Assembly: GCA_963716725.1 (NCBI GenBank)
Contig: CAVQUB010000015.1
Coordinates: 1 to 64,000 of the forward strand
Direction: 5' to 3'
Source: an uncultured delta proteobacterium
GTDB lineage: Bacteria > Myxococcota_A > Polyangia > Polyangiales > Polyangiaceae
Length of the DNA stretch: 64,000 nucleotides
Below are positions 61,219 to 64,000 of the stretch, one piece after another. Under the pieces are notes generated by a model. It did no database searches and had not been told where the DNA came from. It was given only the letters and a program-made list of their open reading frames with translations. Each line of letters begins with the position of its first letter. Position 1 is the stretch's first letter. Both the position numbers and the translations under genes were made by a program.

Positions 61219-62907
61219 ATGTCGCTCCGCCGCCTTGCTTCGTTTGCCGCCGTGGTCCCTGCGTTGCTGTTGGCGTGCTCGTCGAGTGACGGAGGGTCGC
61301 CGGGCGGGGGAGAGGCGACCAACCCGTTCCTGGACGATCAGACGCCGTCGGGCAAGGCCGACACCGCGTACATGAACCCAGACGGCATCGAGGTCGAGGT
61401 CGACATCGAGGCCGACGTCGAGGCCCCCACCTATCGCCTGCTCGAGTCGCCGGCGTTCGTCGCGCAGTTTGCGACCACCTACCTGCGCGAGCGCAAGGAG
61501 TTCTACCTCGAGTCCCTCGCCGAGGACACGACCTCGAAGAACCGCGTCGAGTGGTTGGTGGACGGGAACTGGATCACCGCCGGCGAAGCGGCGAGCGCCG
61601 ACAAGACCAAGCTCAAGCGCTTCCGCATCAAGGGCGTGAACGCAGTGCTGCTCCACGAGGCGCGTCAGGGCGTGAGCCAGGGCACCGTGTTCGAGGCTGA
61701 GGTCCCAATCAAGCCCTTCTCGGTCATGAGCGAAGCCGGAGACAAATGCGCGACTTACGACTCGCACATGCCCCTCAGCCAGTCGGTGTACTGGTACCTC
61801 TGGAACCCGGAGAAGTCGGGCTGCGCGCTGCCCACCCAGCAGCTGAAGTTGACCGTGTCCAAGATGTTCGCGGAGTCTCACAAGACCTATCCCGAGTTCG
61901 ACCAACTCACCGCCGACGGCAAGGTCACCGCCGTGGTGCTGTTCGGACAGATCGGCGACGGCCCCATCGACGATTCGGAGACCGGCGTCCGTAACATGAA
62001 GACCATGGGCAACTGGCTGAAGCAGGGCGGCTACAGCGAGATCACTCCGGCGCCAGTGGGCCGGCGTTTCTCCAAGCGCCTCGGCCAGGTCGACTTCGAG
62101 ATCGACCTGTATTCGCCCACCGACTTCGCCGGGCTCTCGGATCACGCCAACTTCCCCAACTTCCAGAAGGCGCTCAGCGAGCACGAGATCATCGTCTACG
62201 ACGGACACAGCATGCTCGGTGCCAGCGATTTCTGGTCGAAGCCGACGTACCCGGACTTCTACCAGATCTACATTTACGGCGGCTGCCTCGGCTACGAGTA
62301 CTACGTGCGCCCGATCCTCGAGGGCAAGAAGGGCTGGGACAAGCTCGATCTGGTCTCGAGCGTGATCGAGGTCAGCGCCGACGCGAACGAGATCGCCGGA
62401 CCGGTGTTTGCCAAGATCGCCTGGGGGCTCGAGCACAACAACAACGTGACGTGGCGCGATCTCTTGCTCGCGGTGCGCAACCGCGTGGGTGACTCGACCT
62501 TCGGAGCGAGCGGCGTCCGCGACAACTGCTACTCCCCGCAGGGTTCGCTCTGCAGCGGCACGGGCGGCACGGGCGGTGCCGGTGGCAGCGGCGGTACGGG
62601 CGGCGCCGGTGGCAGCGGCGGTTCGGCCGGCGGCGGCGGTTCGGCCGGCGGCGGCGGTTCGGCCGGCGGCGGCGGTTCGGCCGGCGGCGGCGGTTCGGCT
62701 GGCGGCGGCGGTTCGGCCGGCGGCGGCGGTTCGGCCGGCGGCGGCGGTTCGGCCGGCGGCGGCGGCGCGCCTTCGAGCACCGGTTCGTGCCAGGGGCACT
62801 GCGGCCAGGCGACCCCGGCTCCAAACAGCACTCCGGCCTGCTACTGCGACTCGTCCTGCGCCGGCTTCGGCGACTGCTGCGGCGACTACCAAGCGAAGTG
62901 CGGCTGA
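61219..62907 (+). CDS. Lipoprotein with GKAD motif, Gly linker and C-terminal somatomedin-B-like domain
   Basis: SD gggagg, lipobox LLAC, GKAD and SCQGHCG...CYCDSSCAGFGDCCGDY. Confidence 0.82.
   Translation: MSLRRLASFAAVVPALLLACSSSDGGSPGGGEATNPFLDDQTPSGKADTAYMNPDGIEVEVDIEADVEAPTYRLLESPAFVAQFATTYLRERKEFYLESLAEDTTSKNRVEWLVDGNWITAGEAASADKTKLKRFRIKGVNAVLLHEARQGVSQGTVFEAEVPIKPFSVMSEAGDKCATYDSHMPLSQSVYWYLWNPEKSGCALPTQQLKLTVSKMFAESHKTYPEFDQLTADGKVTAVVLFGQIGDGPIDDSETGVRNMKTMGNWLKQGGYSEITPAPVGRRFSKRLGQVDFEIDLYSPTDFAGLSDHANFPNFQKALSEHEIIVYDGHSMLGASDFWSKPTYPDFYQIYIYGGCLGYEYYVRPILEGKKGWDKLDLVSSVIEVSADANEIAGPVFAKIAWGLEHNNNVTWRDLLLAVRNRVGDSTFGASGVRDNCYSPQGSLCSGTGGTGGAGGSGGTGGAGGSGGSAGGGGSAGGGGSAGGGGSAGGGGSAGGGGSAGGGGSAGGGGSAGGGGAPSSTGSCQGHCGQATPAPNSTPACYCDSSCAGFGDCCGDYQAKCG
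62623..62766 (+). repeat. 18-bp tandem repeat x8 (coding SAGGGG)
   Basis: tcggccggcggcggcggt repeated. Confidence 0.9.
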
Positions 62908-62970
62908 GCGGCGCCTGAAGAGTGGAAGAACGGCCCCAACTGTTTCGGAGTGAGGCCCGACCCCACGGGG

Positions 62971-63466
62971 ATGGCCCAGGAAGGGCGAAAGCTCGGAAGA
63001 TTTGGGGATGGGACGGACGAGGTGATCGGTGCGCTGATCGAGGTGCATCGGCATCTCGGTCCAGGGCTGATGGAATCCGCATACGAGGCCTGTCTGTCTG
63101 CCGAGCTGTCCGAACGACGGCTCAAGTTCGAGCGGCAGCGACCGCTACCAATCCGCTACAAAGGCGTGCACCTTGACTGCGCCTATCGCCTCGACCTGGT
63201 CGCTTCCAGATCATATCCTCCTGGAGCTCGAGGCGGTCGAGCGGCTGCTCCCGATTCACGAAGCGCAGGTCATCACCTATCTGCGCCTTTCGCAGTTGCG
63301 TGTCGGCCTGCTCGTCAACTTCAACGTGACCGCGCTCAGAAATGGCCTGCGGAGGCTCACGCCTGACCACCCCAAATCCTTCCGGTCTTCCGCCCTTCCT
63401 GTGAGAGCCCCAATGAGCGCGGGTCTCAGGGGCGAATCCACTCGAACTTCAGCCGCGCGGCACTAG
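62971..63466 (+). CDS. GxxExxY protein (PD-(D/E)XK nuclease-like), frameshift ~63203
   Basis: LGPGLMESAYEACL, YRLDLV, LELEAV, AQVITYL and GLLVNF. Confidence 0.88.
62977..63401. repeat. Imperfect inverted repeats (62977-63007 and 63370-63401) bracketing the GxxExxY domain
   Basis: caggaagggcgaaagctcggaagatttgggg versus reverse complement caggaagggcggaagaccggaaggatttgggg; 28/32 aligned positions. Confidence 0.8.
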
Positions 63467-63631
63467 GCGAGCCACACGGCGGCATGAGCGAGAACACTGG
63501 CTGCAATCGTGGCGATGAGCTGGCGGCGCTGGGCCTGCGCTGACCCCGCTCAGCGCGCGCGCCGGTAACCGTCGCGTTCCTCCCAGACGAGCTCCGTGCC
63601 GGGACAGCGGAGCCCCCTGGCGCGAGCTTCG

Positions 63632-63660
63632 CTGACTTGCTATCAGTGAAGCTGTGTCAG
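63632..63660 (+). promoter_or_regulatory. Candidate TetR operator dyads
   Basis: ctga-N7-tcag and tga-N7-tca immediately before the start codon. Confidence 0.4.
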
Positions 63661-64000
63661 TGAAGGTGCAGGGACCAAGGGCCCAAAAGAAGGCGGAAAC
63701 CAGGGAAGCACTCAAGGCTGCGGCCCGGCACTGCTTTGCCGAGGCGGGCTACGCGGCGACCCAGATCGGGGACATCACCCGGCAAGCCCGGGTCGCGCAC
63801 GGCACCTTCTACGTGCACTTCCAGACCAAGGAGCAGCTCACCGACGAGCTTCTGGTCGAGCACAACCGGGCCCTGGTCGAGCGCCTCGACGCGACCTGGC
63901 ACAAACACGCTTCCGAGCCTCCGCTCGATTCTGGCGCAGGCCGTGGCCGAGGCCTGTCTCGATCACTGGTCGCGCGAGCGCGAACTGCTCGCGGCGTTTG
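63660..64000 (+). CDS. TetR/AcrR-family regulator (runs off the window end)
   Basis: Manual translation KKAETREALKAAARHCFAEAGYAATQIGDITRQARVAHGTFYVHFQTKEQL. Confidence 0.88.
   Translation, partial: MKVQGPRAQKKAETREALKAAARHCFAEAGYAATQIGDITRQARVAHGTFYVHFQTKEQLTDELLVEHNRALVERLDATWHKHASEPPLDSGAGRGRGLSRSLVARARTARGV

Overview
High-GC bacterial DNA, most likely Myxococcota (Polyangiales-like), judged from the MYXO-CTERM-like tail, Gly-rich lipoproteins and ECF/anti-sigma pair. About 1-27.8 kb is accessory island DNA and about 27.9-64 kb looks like core genome. The island opens with a RIT element (three tyrosine recombinases inside a perfect 22-bp terminal inverted repeat, 1-22/4062-4083). It has inserted into a DUF2924-like/ribbon-helix-helix gene and carries an intact diverged homologue of that same gene. 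Next come an amidoligase plus two gamma-glutamylcyclotransferase genes, with a repeated ~140-bp structured leader, and a sulfur/persulfide operon (ArsR-rhodanese, DsrE, SQR-like, CysK-like, methyltransferase, NifS-like). A zone of gene fragments follows (serine recombinase C-terminus, AbiEi/AbiEii remnants absent from the ORF track, orphan MazF). The island ends with SNF2+SWIM, arsR-arsD-arsA-acr3-arsC-arsM, catalase, and a sigma54 activator divergent from ric. The core-like part has an RRM protein, cytochrome c, DTW protein, PAS kinase, fumarase, argS, a TruC-like enzyme, YhaO/YhaN, an M23 peptidase, ECF sigma, aceE and lipoproteins. Near the end a GxxExxY gene is bracketed by ~31-bp inverted repeats. 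Many genes have single-base frameshifts in patches, most likely sequencing errors, so several coordinates are stitched across frames and approximate. No rRNA, intact tRNA or CRISPR array was seen.
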